Source: Halorhodospira halophila SL1
GTDB lineage: Bacteria; Pseudomonadota; Gammaproteobacteria; Nitrococcales; Halorhodospiraceae
DNA length: 32,000 nt
Reading direction: 5' to 3'
Assembly (NCBI RefSeq): GCF_000015585.1
Contig: NC_008789.1
Location: 540,001-572,000 of the forward strand
In this document: positions 9,035 to 17,136 of the stretch, one piece after another
Position numbering within the stretch: position 1 is the first letter of the stretch
Layout of the letters: the number at the start of each line of letters is the position of its first letter
Notes under the pieces: model-generated
Databases searched by the model: none
What the model saw: the letters and a program-made list of their open reading frames with translations, nothing else
Told to the model about the DNA's origin: nothing
Position numbers and translations under genes: made by a program

Positions 9035-10072
9035 TTACCCCTGCTTGCCCGATTCCTCCTGCCCCTGGCCGACGTTGGCAATGATGCGCACCTGCCGGTC
9101 GTCCGGGACCTCGTTGTAGGACAGGACGTAAAGCCCCGACGCCACGTTGCGGGTCAGCCGTCGCAGCCAGTGACGCAGCGGCGGTGACGTCAGCAATACG
9201 GCGGGCTGACCGGCGGCTTCTTGACGCTGCACCGCCTGGGAGATCGAGCGCTGCATGCGCTCAGCCAGCCCGGGCTCGATGCCGCCGCCTCCGTCCCCGG
9301 CACCCTGTACAGAATTAAGCAAGAGTTGTTCCAACTGTGGCTCCAGGGTGATCACCGGCACCTCACGCTCCATGCCGACGATCTCCTGGAGGATCATACG
9401 GCTGAGCGCCTCACGCACGTGCTGGGTGAGCTGCCCCGGATCCTTGGTCTTCTGCCCGTGCTCGGCCATCGCCTCGACGATGGTGCGCATGTCGCGGATG
9501 GGCACACCCTCCTCGAGCAGGTTCTGAAGAACCTTCACCACCACGGACAGGGAGAGGGTGTTGGGCACCAACTCCTCGACCAGCTTCGGCTGGCTCTGGC
9601 CGAGCATGTCGAGCAGCTTCTGCGCCTCCTCGTGGCCGAAGAGCTGATGGGCGTTACGCTGCACCTCCTGGGAGAGGTGGGTGGCAATCACCGTGCTGGC
9701 GTCCACCACCGTGTAGCCCAGGGTCTGCGCGTAATCGTGCTGGGACGGCTCGATCCACACCGCGTCAAGGCCGAAGGCGGGATCCTTGGTCGGCGAGCCG
9801 GAGAGCTCGCCGTGGACCGTCCCGGGGTTGATGGCCAGCTCGCGGCCAGGCTGTACGTCGCCCTCGGCCACCGGGACGCCGTGGATACTGACGCGGTAGA
9901 TGTTCGGCCCGAGATCCAGATTGTCGCGGATGTGCACCGGCTGAACCAGGAAGCCCAGATCCTGGGAGAGCTTCTTGCGCACGCCCTTGATCCGCGTCAG
10001 CAGCTGCCCGCCCTGGTTGCGGTCGACCAGCGGGATCAGGCCGTACCCCACCTCCAGCCCCACTGGATCCAC
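9035..10072 (-). CDS. flhA: FlhA C-terminal cytoplasmic-domain fragment (ORF-track coordinates)
   Basis: The LEVGYGLIPLVD...HIRDN... cytoplasmic domain is present. The listed start is a GTG that looks like an internal Val codon with no SD. The open frame actually extends up to the TAG at 10124. Confidence 0.8.
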   Translation of the reverse strand: MDPVGLEVGYGLIPLVDRNQGGQLLTRIKGVRKKLSQDLGFLVQPVHIRDNLDLGPNIYRVSIHGVPVAEGDVQPGRELAINPGTVHGELSGSPTKDPAFGLDAVWIEPSQHDYAQTLGYTVVDASTVIATHLSQEVQRNAHQLFGHEEAQKLLDMLGQSQPKLVEELVPNTLSLSVVVKVLQNLLEEGVPIRDMRTIVEAMAEHGQKTKDPGQLTQHVREALSRMILQEIVGMEREVPVITLEPQLEQLLLNSVQGAGDGGGGIEPGLAERMQRSISQAVQRQEAAGQPAVLLTSPPLRHWLRRLTRNVASGLYVLSYNEVPDDRQVRIIANVGQGQEESGKQG

Positions 10073-10123
10073 CGGCGGGACGTCGTCCCAGGTCAGTTCC
10101 TTCTTCTCGGGATCCTCCGGCTC

Positions 10124-11155
10124 CTAGGCGGTCCGCTCGGCCTCGGTCGACTGCTGCGCCGCCGTCGCGGCCTCGACCTGGCGCTGCCCGGCGTACCACG
10201 CCCCCAGTGCGCACAGCCCGGCGAAAAACAGGAACGGCACCGGCGGCAACCCCGGAGCCAGGCCGAGCAGGCCGATGATCGCGGCGACCACCCAGAGCAC
10301 CTGCGGGTTGCTGAACAGCTGCTCGAGGATGTCGTCGGTCATCCGCCGGGTATCCGAGCGGCGGGTGACCAGGATGGCCGTGGCGCTGGAGAGCACCAGT
10401 GAGGGGATCTGCGCCACCAGACCGTCGCCGATGGTCAGCAGCGTGTAGTTGCGGGCGGCCTCGTCGACCGGCATGCCGTGCTGGGTCATGCCGATGATCA
10501 AGCCGCCGACGATGTTGATCAGCAGGATCAAGATGCCAGCGATGGCGTCGCCGCGGACGAACTTGGCGGCACCATCCATGGAGCCGTAGAAGTCGGCCTC
10601 CTGCCCCACTTCCTGGCGCCGGTTGCGCGCCTCCTCCTGGCTGATGATGCCGGCGTTGAGGTCGGCGTCGATGGCCATCTGCTTACCCGGCAGCGCATCC
10701 AGGGTGAAACGCGCTGAGACCTCGGAGATACGCCCGGCACCCTTGGTGACCACCACAAAGTTGATGATCACCAGGATGGCGAAGACCACGAAACCCACCA
10801 CGTAATTGGCGCCGACGACGAACTCGCCGAAGGACTGGATGACGTTGCCCGCCGCGTCGGTGCCGGTGTGGCCATCCAGGAGGATGATCCGGGTCGAGGC
10901 GATGTTCAGCGCCAGGCGCAGCAGCGTGGCCACCAGCAGGATGGTCGGGAAGACCGCGAACTCCAGCGGCCGCATGATGTAGACGGTGACCAGGAGGATC
11001 GACAGCGACAGGACGATGTTGAAGGTGAACAGCATGTCCAGCGCCAGCGGCGGCAGCGGCACGATCATCATCCCCAGCAGGGCGATGACCAGCAGCGGTG
11101 TGCCCAGCCCGCGCGAGCCGATGTTGCGGATCTGATCGGCGATGGCCGAATTCAT
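10124..11155 (-). CDS. flhA: FlhA N-terminal transmembrane-domain fragment (343 aa, ends at the internal TAG)
   Basis: The sequence MNSAIADQIRNIGSRGLGTPLLVIALLGMMIVPLP...FHIPxx-type TM region...KFVRGDAIAG matches the FlhA TM domain and FHIPEP loop. Confidence 0.85.
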   Translation of the reverse strand: MNSAIADQIRNIGSRGLGTPLLVIALLGMMIVPLPPLALDMLFTFNIVLSLSILLVTVYIMRPLEFAVFPTILLVATLLRLALNIASTRIILLDGHTGTDAAGNVIQSFGEFVVGANYVVGFVVFAILVIINFVVVTKGAGRISEVSARFTLDALPGKQMAIDADLNAGIISQEEARNRRQEVGQEADFYGSMDGAAKFVRGDAIAGILILLINIVGGLIIGMTQHGMPVDEAARNYTLLTIGDGLVAQIPSLVLSSATAILVTRRSDTRRMTDDILEQLFSNPQVLWVVAAIIGLLGLAPGLPPVPFLFFAGLCALGAWYAGQRQVEAATAAQQSTEAERTA

Positions 11156-12327
11156 CGGCGGCTATCCCCTCCTCGCTCGTCGGATGACGCCTCGCCGCCG
11201 GTGTCGTAGCCGGACGGGACCTCTGGCTCCGGCCGCTGCGGCGGCGTCCAGCCGCGGCGCTGCGCGGCCTGGAACTGATAGACGTAGGCCAGCACCTGGG
11301 CCACGGCGAAGTAGAGCGCGCCCGGGATCTCCTGGTCCAGATCGGCGGAATGATACAACGCGCGCGCCAGCGGCGGGGCCTGGAAGATCAGGATGTCGTT
11401 CTCCTCGGCCAGCTCGCGGATGCGCGCGGCGAGCAGATCGGCGCCCTTGGCCACCACGGTGGGGGCGCGCATGGTCGACTGATCATACTTGAGCGCCACG
11501 GCGTAGTGGGCCGGGTTGGTGATGACCACGTCGGCATCGGGAACATTCTCCATCATCCGCCGGTTGGTCATCTCCCGCTGCTGTTCGCGGACCCGCTGCT
11601 TGACCTCCGGCTTACCCTCGGTCTGCTTGAACTCCTCCTTCACCTCCTGCCGCGTCATGCGGATCTTCTGGGTGTGGTCGTAGATCTGGTAGGGGATGTC
11701 GATGGCCACCACCACCAGCATCGATAGCGCCAACAGGAAAAAGAAGATATAGAACAGCCGCATACCCTCGGCCATGGACGGCTCGAGCGGGGCGCGACTC
11801 ATGGTGTAGAAGTTGTCCCAGAAGAGCACGAACAGCCCGACGGCGGTGCCGCCGATGACCAGCACCTTGCCCAAGGCCTTACCCAGCTCCACCGCCGCCT
11901 TGGTCCCGAACATGCGCTGGAACCCCTTGATGGGGCTGAGCTTTTCGGGCTTGGGCTGCATCGGATGGAAGGAGAAGCTCCACCCGCCCAGGGCGGTGGG
12001 CGCGATCACCGCAGCGGCGAGCATCACCGCGATGAATGGCAACACAGTGAGCAATCCACGCCCCAGCGCCTCGTGCAGCCGCTCGATGACGATCCCGGGG
12101 TCGTAGATGTGGCTGCGATCGATGGTGAACGACCACTCCAGCAGCGCGGTCAGCTGATTGCCCATGAACGGCCCCAGCGCCAGCAACGCACCGGCGGCCA
12201 CGAGCAGCAGCAGCATGGTGGTCAGCTCCCGCGAGCGCGGGACCTGCCCCTTCTTGCGCGATTCCTCGCGCCGTTTCGGGGTCGGGTCTTCGGTTTTTTC
12301 CTGCCCGTCTTCGCTCTCCTGGGCCAC
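11152..12327 (-). CDS. flhB: Flagellar export switch protein FlhB
   Basis: 391 aa. The N-terminus reads QEKTEDPTPKRREESRKKGQVPRSRE, followed by four TM segments. The autocleavage region reads VITNPAHYAVALKY, so the motif is NPAH and not NPTH. GTG start. Confidence 0.95.
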   Translation of the reverse strand: MAQESEDGQEKTEDPTPKRREESRKKGQVPRSRELTTMLLLLVAAGALLALGPFMGNQLTALLEWSFTIDRSHIYDPGIVIERLHEALGRGLLTVLPFIAVMLAAAVIAPTALGGWSFSFHPMQPKPEKLSPIKGFQRMFGTKAAVELGKALGKVLVIGGTAVGLFVLFWDNFYTMSRAPLEPSMAEGMRLFYIFFFLLALSMLVVVAIDIPYQIYDHTQKIRMTRQEVKEEFKQTEGKPEVKQRVREQQREMTNRRMMENVPDADVVITNPAHYAVALKYDQSTMRAPTVVAKGADLLAARIRELAEENDILIFQAPPLARALYHSADLDQEIPGALYFAVAQVLAYVYQFQAAQRRGWTPPQRPEPEVPSGYDTGGEASSDERGGDSRR

Positions 12328-12330
12328 GGC

Positions 12331-13122
12331 CTACCCCCCGATCCCCGGTGTGCCAAGCAACTGCCCGATGGTGTTGTACGCCTCGCTCCACATCATCGCC
12401 ATGCGCGCCGGCAGCGCCGGCAGAACCAGGATGGGCATCAGGACCCCGCCGACCAGGATGGTCAGCGGCAGGCCGACCGAGAAGACGTTCATCTGCGGCG
12501 CAGCGCGGGTCATGACACCCAGCGACAGGTTGATGACCAGCAGGACCGTCACCAGCGGCAGCGCGATGAGCACGGCGCCAGCGTACATCTGCGTTCCCCA
12601 GGCGGCCACACCCCAGAAGACGTCCCGATCCAGGACGATCTCGCCGATGGGCACCGCCGAGAAGCTGTCCGCCAGCAGCTGGATCAGCATCAGGTGCCCG
12701 CCGACGGCGAGGAAGAGCAGCGTGACGATGGTCAACAGCAACTGCGAGATCACCGGCACGGACATGCCCGTCTGCGGATCCACCATGGTGGCGAAGCCCA
12801 ACCCCATGGCCAGGGCGATGCTCTCGCCGGCGATCACCGCCGTATTCAGCGCCAGGGCCAGGACCATGCCAATGGTCAGCCCCACCAGGATCTCCTGGAC
12901 GGCGATCAGCAGACCGTCGGGGGAGAGCGGATCCACCGGCGGCACCTCGCCCACCGCCGGAAGGACGGCAATGGTCAGGGCCACGCCGATGAACACCCGC
13001 ACCTGCAGCGGCACCATGTCGTTGCCGAACACCGGCGCGACCAGGGCCGCCGCGCCGATGCGCATCAGCGGGTACATGAAGGTCCCCACCCAGGCGGCGG
13101 CTTCGGCGCTGCTGATCTCCAT
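12331..13122 (-). CDS. fliR: Flagellar export apparatus protein FliR
   Basis: 263 aa polytopic membrane protein, immediately after fliQ and before flhB. Confidence 0.9.
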   Translation of the reverse strand: MEISSAEAAAWVGTFMYPLMRIGAAALVAPVFGNDMVPLQVRVFIGVALTIAVLPAVGEVPPVDPLSPDGLLIAVQEILVGLTIGMVLALALNTAVIAGESIALAMGLGFATMVDPQTGMSVPVISQLLLTIVTLLFLAVGGHLMLIQLLADSFSAVPIGEIVLDRDVFWGVAAWGTQMYAGAVLIALPLVTVLLVINLSLGVMTRAAPQMNVFSVGLPLTILVGGVLMPILVLPALPARMAMMWSEAYNTIGQLLGTPGIGG

Positions 13123-13392
13123 TCAGCGCAGGATCTCGGGGATGCTGCGGATGAGCCCTTCGGTGAAATCGGTCAGCACCTGGGTCATCCACGGCGTGAG
13201 CAGGAACAGCACCACCGCCAGGCCGACCAGCTTGGGCACGAACGAGAGGGTCTGCTCGTTGATCTGCGTCGCGGCCTGAAACATGCCGACGATCAGGCCG
13301 ATGATCAGCGCCGCCAGCAGGATGGGGCCGGCCAGGAGCGTGGCCACGGTCAGCGCATCGGTGCCCAGCTGAATCGCCCGCTCCGGTGTCAT
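13123..13392 (-). CDS. fliQ: Flagellar export apparatus protein FliQ
   Basis: 89 aa from ATG 13392 (MTPERAIQLG...), with a GGAGG SD 6 nt upstream. The ORF-track TTG at 13398 is less likely. It has two TM helices. Confidence 0.9.
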   Translation of the reverse strand: MTPERAIQLGTDALTVATLLAGPILLAALIIGLIVGMFQAATQINEQTLSFVPKLVGLAVVLFLLTPWMTQVLTDFTEGLIRSIPEILR

Positions 13393-13420
13393 AGACAACC
13401 TCCATTAAAGCCTGACCGAT

Positions 13421-13515
13421 GGCGGCCGGCGCCGACCGCCCGGCCCGGGCTAATGCGGCACGGCGTTGCCGCGTCCCGCCTTGCACTTGCCGCCGGGCGG
13501 CAAACTCTTGCCACC
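13421..13515 (-). repeat. Cluster of GC-rich hairpins (REP-like or structured RNA) in the fliP-fliQ spacer
   Basis: Four hairpins are visible. 13421-13440 forms an 8-bp stem and tetraloop. 13455-13472 is GCGGCA/TGCCGC. 13487-13503 is TTGCCGC-CGG-GCGGCAA. 13496-13515 is GGCGGCAA-ACTC-TTGCCACC. The last two share an arm and are therefore mutually exclusive. Confidence 0.45.
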
Positions 13516-13534
13516 CGGCGGCGCACCCTGCCGG

Positions 13535-14275
13535 TCACAGGAAGAAACTGGACGCCAGGGTGCCCATGATCAGTGACCAGCCGTCGACCAGAACGAAGAG
13601 CATGATCTTGAACGGCAGCGAGATGATCATCGGCGAGAGCATCAGCATGCCCATGGACATCAGCGTACTGGCCACCACCAGGTCAATGACCAAAAACGGC
13701 AGGTACAGCACGAAGCCGATGATGAACGCCGTCTTGAGCTCGCTGGTCATGAACGCCGGGATCAGCACCGACATGGGGACATCGTCGGGGCTGTCCACCT
13801 CGCCGTAATCGGCGATGCGCAGGAACAGGGCGATGTCGTCCTCGCGGGTCTGGCGGATCATGAACTCGCGCATGGGCTCGCTGGCCTGCTCCAGCGCCTC
13901 CTCCGCCCCCATCTCCTCGGCCATGTACGGCTGCAGCGCGGTCTCGTTGATCTCGTCGAAGACCGGCATCATCACGAACAGGGTCAGGAACAGCGCCAGC
14001 CCGATGAGCACCTGGTTCGACGGGGTTGAGGCGGTGCCCAGGGCCTGACGCAGGATGGCGAGGACGACGATGATGCGCGTGAACGCGGTCATCATCAGCA
14101 CCATCGCCGGCAGCAGCGTCAGCAGGGTCATCAGGACGAGGACCTGGACGCTGAGGCTCCAGGTCTGCCCGTCCTCGGTCTCCTCGATGGTCAGCGCCTC
14201 CAGCCCCGTCTGGCCATAGGCCAGCGCGGGGCAGAGGAGCAACGCCACAAGGAGCAGGATTCGGAGTGTGGGCAT
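13535..14275 (-). CDS. fliP: Flagellar export apparatus protein FliP
   Basis: 246 aa with a signal peptide [21 protein letters not shown]. Conserved FliP blocks are present ([41 protein letters not shown]). Confidence 0.95.
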   Translation of the reverse strand: MPTLRILLLVALLLCPALAYGQTGLEALTIEETEDGQTWSLSVQVLVLMTLLTLLPAMVLMMTAFTRIIVVLAILRQALGTASTPSNQVLIGLALFLTLFVMMPVFDEINETALQPYMAEEMGAEEALEQASEPMREFMIRQTREDDIALFLRIADYGEVDSPDDVPMSVLIPAFMTSELKTAFIIGFVLYLPFLVIDLVVASTLMSMGMLMLSPMIISLPFKIMLFVLVDGWSLIMGTLASSFFL

Positions 14276-14278
14276 GGA

Positions 14279-14740
14279 CTACTGCTGATCGGATTGCTGC
14301 ATCAAGCGACGCAGCCGCGCCGCGAACGGGCCGCCTTGCCCGTCGCCGGTCTCGCCACCGACGCCGGTCACTGGGGTCTCCAGCACATGCAAGGTCTGTA
14401 CCCGCCCGGGCGCCACACCGAGCAGCAGTTGCGTGTCACCAACCTGAACCAGCACCACGCGCTCACGCTGCCCCACCGGCAGCGAGCCGAGCACGCGCAT
14501 CTGCCCCGTGCCGCCCACCGCGCCGCCACCGAAGCGGCGCAGCAGCCAGGCCAGCCCGATGATCACCGCCAGCACCACCAGCAGGGCGACGATCACCCGG
14601 GCAATGGCCTCGGCCTCGACCCCAGGGACGGTCTCGGCCCACGCCGGCGCCGGGAGCGCCAGCAGATTGACGCCCAGCGCCACCGTCGCCCGGCGCGGGC
14701 GCCGGAAAAGCGACGCCGGGGAGCGCAGTCGCAACGCCAT
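14279..14740 (-). CDS. fliO: Flagellar protein FliO
   Basis: 153 aa with a single TM segment (VIVALLVVLAVIIGLAWLL) followed by MRVLGSLPVGQRERVVLVQVGDTQLLLGV. It sits between fliN and fliP, and its start overlaps the fliN stop (ATGA). Confidence 0.75.
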   Translation of the reverse strand: MALRLRSPASLFRRPRRATVALGVNLLALPAPAWAETVPGVEAEAIARVIVALLVVLAVIIGLAWLLRRFGGGAVGGTGQMRVLGSLPVGQRERVVLVQVGDTQLLLGVAPGRVQTLHVLETPVTGVGGETGDGQGGPFAARLRRLMQQSDQQ

Positions 14741-15264
14741 CAGCGCAGCTTCTTCACCCGCTCCGCCGGGCTGATGACGTCCGTCAGGCGGATGCCGAAG
14801 CGCTCATTGACCACGACCACCTCGCCGTGAGCGATCAGGGTGCCGTTGACCATGACATCCAGTGGCTCGCCGGCCAGGCGGTCGAGCTCCACCACCGAGC
14901 CCTGGTTGAGCTGCAGCAGGTGACGGATGCTGATCTGCGTCCGGCCGATCTCCATAGACAGCGTGACGGGGATGTCGAGGATGACGTCGATGTTCTGATC
15001 ATCCTCGCCCCCCGCGCGCGTGGCAGCCGGGTCGAACTCATCGAGATCCACCGAGCGGCCGGCCCCGCTGCTGCCCTTGCCGGCGCCCTTCGCACCCTTT
15101 TCGGGGGGCTCCTCGGCCGCGCCGCCGCCCTCTTCCATGGCGGCCGCCCACTCCTCGGCCAGGGCTTCGTCGTCGATGCCCTCTCCCCCCTGGCCCTCCT
15201 GCTCGGCCAGGGCGTCGGCCCAGTCGTCTTCGGCCGACGATTGCTTGTCTTTCTCGTCGCTCAT
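14740..15264 (-). CDS. fliN: Flagellar motor switch protein FliN
   Basis: 174 aa. The acidic N-terminus is followed by the conserved SpoA domain ILDIPVTLSMEIGRTQISIRHLLQLNQGSVVELDRLAGEPLDVMVNGTLIAHGEVVVV. Confidence 0.9.
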   Translation of the reverse strand: MSDEKDKQSSAEDDWADALAEQEGQGGEGIDDEALAEEWAAAMEEGGGAAEEPPEKGAKGAGKGSSGAGRSVDLDEFDPAATRAGGEDDQNIDVILDIPVTLSMEIGRTQISIRHLLQLNQGSVVELDRLAGEPLDVMVNGTLIAHGEVVVVNERFGIRLTDVISPAERVKKLR

Positions 15265-16406
15265 GACTCATCCACCCTGTGGCTGCTCTGGGGGCGCTCC
15301 GGCGCCTCGTCCGACTCGGCGACGCTGCTGCGCTGCTCGGCGGTGATCCGGTTGATGCGCTGCTGCACCGGCTCATCGTCCCGCTCGCGCTCCTCGCGGC
15401 GGACCTGATCGCGCTCCGGGAGCAGCGTCTCGCGCTCCGGCGCCTGCACCTTCTCGTCGATGCGCAGGGCGGCGTTCCCTTCGCACACCCCGTAGGTGCC
15501 GTAGAAGACCGGCACCTCCTCAACCTCAACCACCACCCGCTCGGGCATCTCGATGGGGATGACATCGCCGGCCTTGAGGTGCATCAGATCGCGCAGGGTG
15601 ATCTCGGAGCGAGCCAGGGTGCTGTGCAGGGTCACCGGCGCGGTCTTCATCTCCTCGCGCAGCGCCTTGGCCCAGCGGTCGTCGACGTCGTTGCGATCGG
15701 ACTGCACGCCGGCGTCGAGGATCTCGCGGATCGGCTCGACCATGGTGTACGGCAGGGTGACGTGGATATCCCCGCCGCCGCCGTCGAGCTCGACGTGAAA
15801 CTTGCTGACCACCACCACCTCGGTGGGGCTGACGATGTTGGCGAACTGGGGGTTGACCTCCATGTTCACGTACTCGAAGTCCACGCCCAGCACCGGGTTC
15901 CACGCCTCGCGCAGGTCGTCGAAGGCCTGGTCGAGCATCAGGCGGATGACCCGCTGCTCGGTGGGCGTGAACTCGCGCCCCTCCACCTTCAGGTAAAAGT
16001 GCCCGCCGCCGCCGAAGAAGTTGTCCACCACCAGGAAGACCAGCTTGGGGTCGATGACGAATAGCCCGGAGCCGCGCAGCGGCGGCACGCGGATGATGTT
16101 CAGGCTGGTGGGCACGAACAGGGTGTGGACGTACTCGCCGAACTTCATCATCTCCACGCCGGTGACCGAGACCTCCGGCGTGCGACGGAGCATGTTGAAC
16201 AGGCCGATGCGGAACAGCCGCCCGAAGCGCTCGTTGATCATCTCCAGGGTCGGCATCCGACCCCGGACAATGCGCTCCTCGGCGGTAAAGGTATACGGCC
16301 GGAGCTCGCCGGAATCCTCTTCTTCCTCGGTATCGACGTCGCCGTCGTCGATCCCGTGGAGGAGCGCGTCGATCTCGTCCTGGCTGAGGATATCCTGCTG
16401 CGACAT
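15261..16406 (-). CDS. fliM: Flagellar motor switch protein FliM
   Basis: 381 aa with the N-terminal CheY-P binding peptide LSQDEIDALL. The middle and C-terminal domains are conserved. A charged C-terminal tail of about 60 aa extends beyond the usual end. Confidence 0.95.
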   Translation of the reverse strand: MSQQDILSQDEIDALLHGIDDGDVDTEEEEDSGELRPYTFTAEERIVRGRMPTLEMINERFGRLFRIGLFNMLRRTPEVSVTGVEMMKFGEYVHTLFVPTSLNIIRVPPLRGSGLFVIDPKLVFLVVDNFFGGGGHFYLKVEGREFTPTEQRVIRLMLDQAFDDLREAWNPVLGVDFEYVNMEVNPQFANIVSPTEVVVVSKFHVELDGGGGDIHVTLPYTMVEPIREILDAGVQSDRNDVDDRWAKALREEMKTAPVTLHSTLARSEITLRDLMHLKAGDVIPIEMPERVVVEVEEVPVFYGTYGVCEGNAALRIDEKVQAPERETLLPERDQVRREERERDDEPVQQRINRITAEQRSSVAESDEAPERPQSSHRVDES

Positions 16407-16418
16407 GACGACCGCCCG

Positions 16419-16901
16419 CTACTGCATCACGAAACTGGTGAAGTAGACCGCCTCGATCTCGCCATCGACCCCGCGCTCATCGAGGATGTTGTTGATCTCC
16501 TCGAGCGAGGCGTGGCGCAGTTCCTCCCGCCCGGCCCGGGTATTGAGATCCTCGAAGCTCTGGTCGGAGAAGAGCATCAGCAGGTTGTTACGGATCACTG
16601 GCATGTGCCGCTCGACTCCGGATAGCGGCTCGTCGGCCCGCGCCATCACCTCGACCTCGGCCTGCAGGTAGCTGATCCGCTGCCCGCGCTCGAAGTTGAC
16701 GGTCAGCGGCGGCTCGAGCTTGAGATACTGCGGATCGCCCAGATCCGGCTCGGCCTCCGCATGCATCCCCGGCGGTGTGATGTAGCCGAAGGCCAGGGCC
16801 CCCACGGTGCCCATGGTCGCGACCATCATCAACGCCATGATCCCCATGAATATGTAGACAATCTTCGGCACTGGCATGCCTCCCCGTGCCCTGTGATGCA
16901 C
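16419..16901 (-). CDS. fliL: Flagellar basal-body-associated protein FliL
   Basis: It has a single N-terminal TM segment (IVYIFMGIMALMMVATMGTVGALAF) and the FliL core (YLKLEPPLTVNF...YLQAEVEVM...VIRNNLLMLF). The start is uncertain between GTG 16901 (no SD) and ATG 16877 (GGGGAGG directly upstream, but only about 1 nt of spacing). Confidence 0.8.
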   Translation of the reverse strand: MHHRARGGMPVPKIVYIFMGIMALMMVATMGTVGALAFGYITPPGMHAEAEPDLGDPQYLKLEPPLTVNFERGQRISYLQAEVEVMARADEPLSGVERHMPVIRNNLLMLFSDQSFEDLNTRAGREELRHASLEEINNILDERGVDGEIEAVYFTSFVMQ

Positions 16902-16912
16902 TGACTGTGCCG
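16897..16912 (-). promoter_or_regulatory. Sigma54-like -24/-12 element immediately upstream of fliL
   Basis: The minus strand reads CGGCAC-AGTCA-GTGCA with correct GG/GC spacing. It overlaps the GTG 16901 start and would leave only a leader of about 9 nt before ATG 16877, so it is doubtful. Confidence 0.3.
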
Positions 16913-16974
16913 TGACGTCGGCGCCCTTGCTGCCGGCACCCCCATGCTACCGCATAACCCGGCGACGCTGTCTC

Positions 16975-17008
16975 TTGACACCGTATTGCAGATGCAAATA
17001 CCTTGCAT
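16975..17008 (+). promoter_or_regulatory. Sigma70-like -35 element plus an AT-rich triple half-site operator candidate for the metal-uptake operon
   Basis: A perfect TTGACA lies at 16975-16980. It is followed by TTGCA-GA-TGCAA-ATACC-TTGCA (16985-17007). This is the only AT-rich patch in the fliL/OMP divergent region. A weak -10 (TACCTT) sits at N18. Confidence 0.3.
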
Positions 17009-17040
17009 CCTACGCCGGACGGCCTGTCCCTCTTCCGATG

Positions 17041-17068
17041 CTATCGGCCGCCGCCGCCGGGAACTTGA
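17041..17068 (-). promoter_or_regulatory. Sigma28 (FliA)-type promoter candidate facing fliL
   Basis: The minus strand reads TCAAGTTC-N12-GCCGATAG. That is TCAA-N16-GCCGATAG against the consensus TAAA-N15-GCCGATAA. It is the only intergenic GCCGATA-type match I found in the window. Confidence 0.4.
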
Positions 17069-17136
17069 TCTACACCCGAGGCGGGATCGACCGCCACCGT
17101 CCGGCGACCAACTCAATCCAGGGGGGGAGCCAAACC

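Larger units (their letters stand above)
9035..11155 (-). pseudogene. flhA: flhA (export-gate protein) as one reading frame interrupted by an in-frame TAG at 10124-10126
   Basis: ORFs 10124-11155 and 9035-10072 are in the same frame. The codons directly after the TAG read EPEDPEKKELTWDDVPPVDPVGLEVGYGLIPLVD, which continues into the conserved start of the FlhA cytoplasmic domain. The flhA ATG overlaps the flhB stop (ATGA). Confidence 0.85.

Noticed and set aside
16985-17008. The AT-rich TTGCA/TGCAA array read as a sigma54 promoter on either strand (xxGCA-N6-TTGCA).
   Set aside because: The near-invariant GG of the -24 element is absent (TG/AT instead), or the spacing is off by 1-3 nt in every register. 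It is more plausibly a protein-binding inverted repeat.
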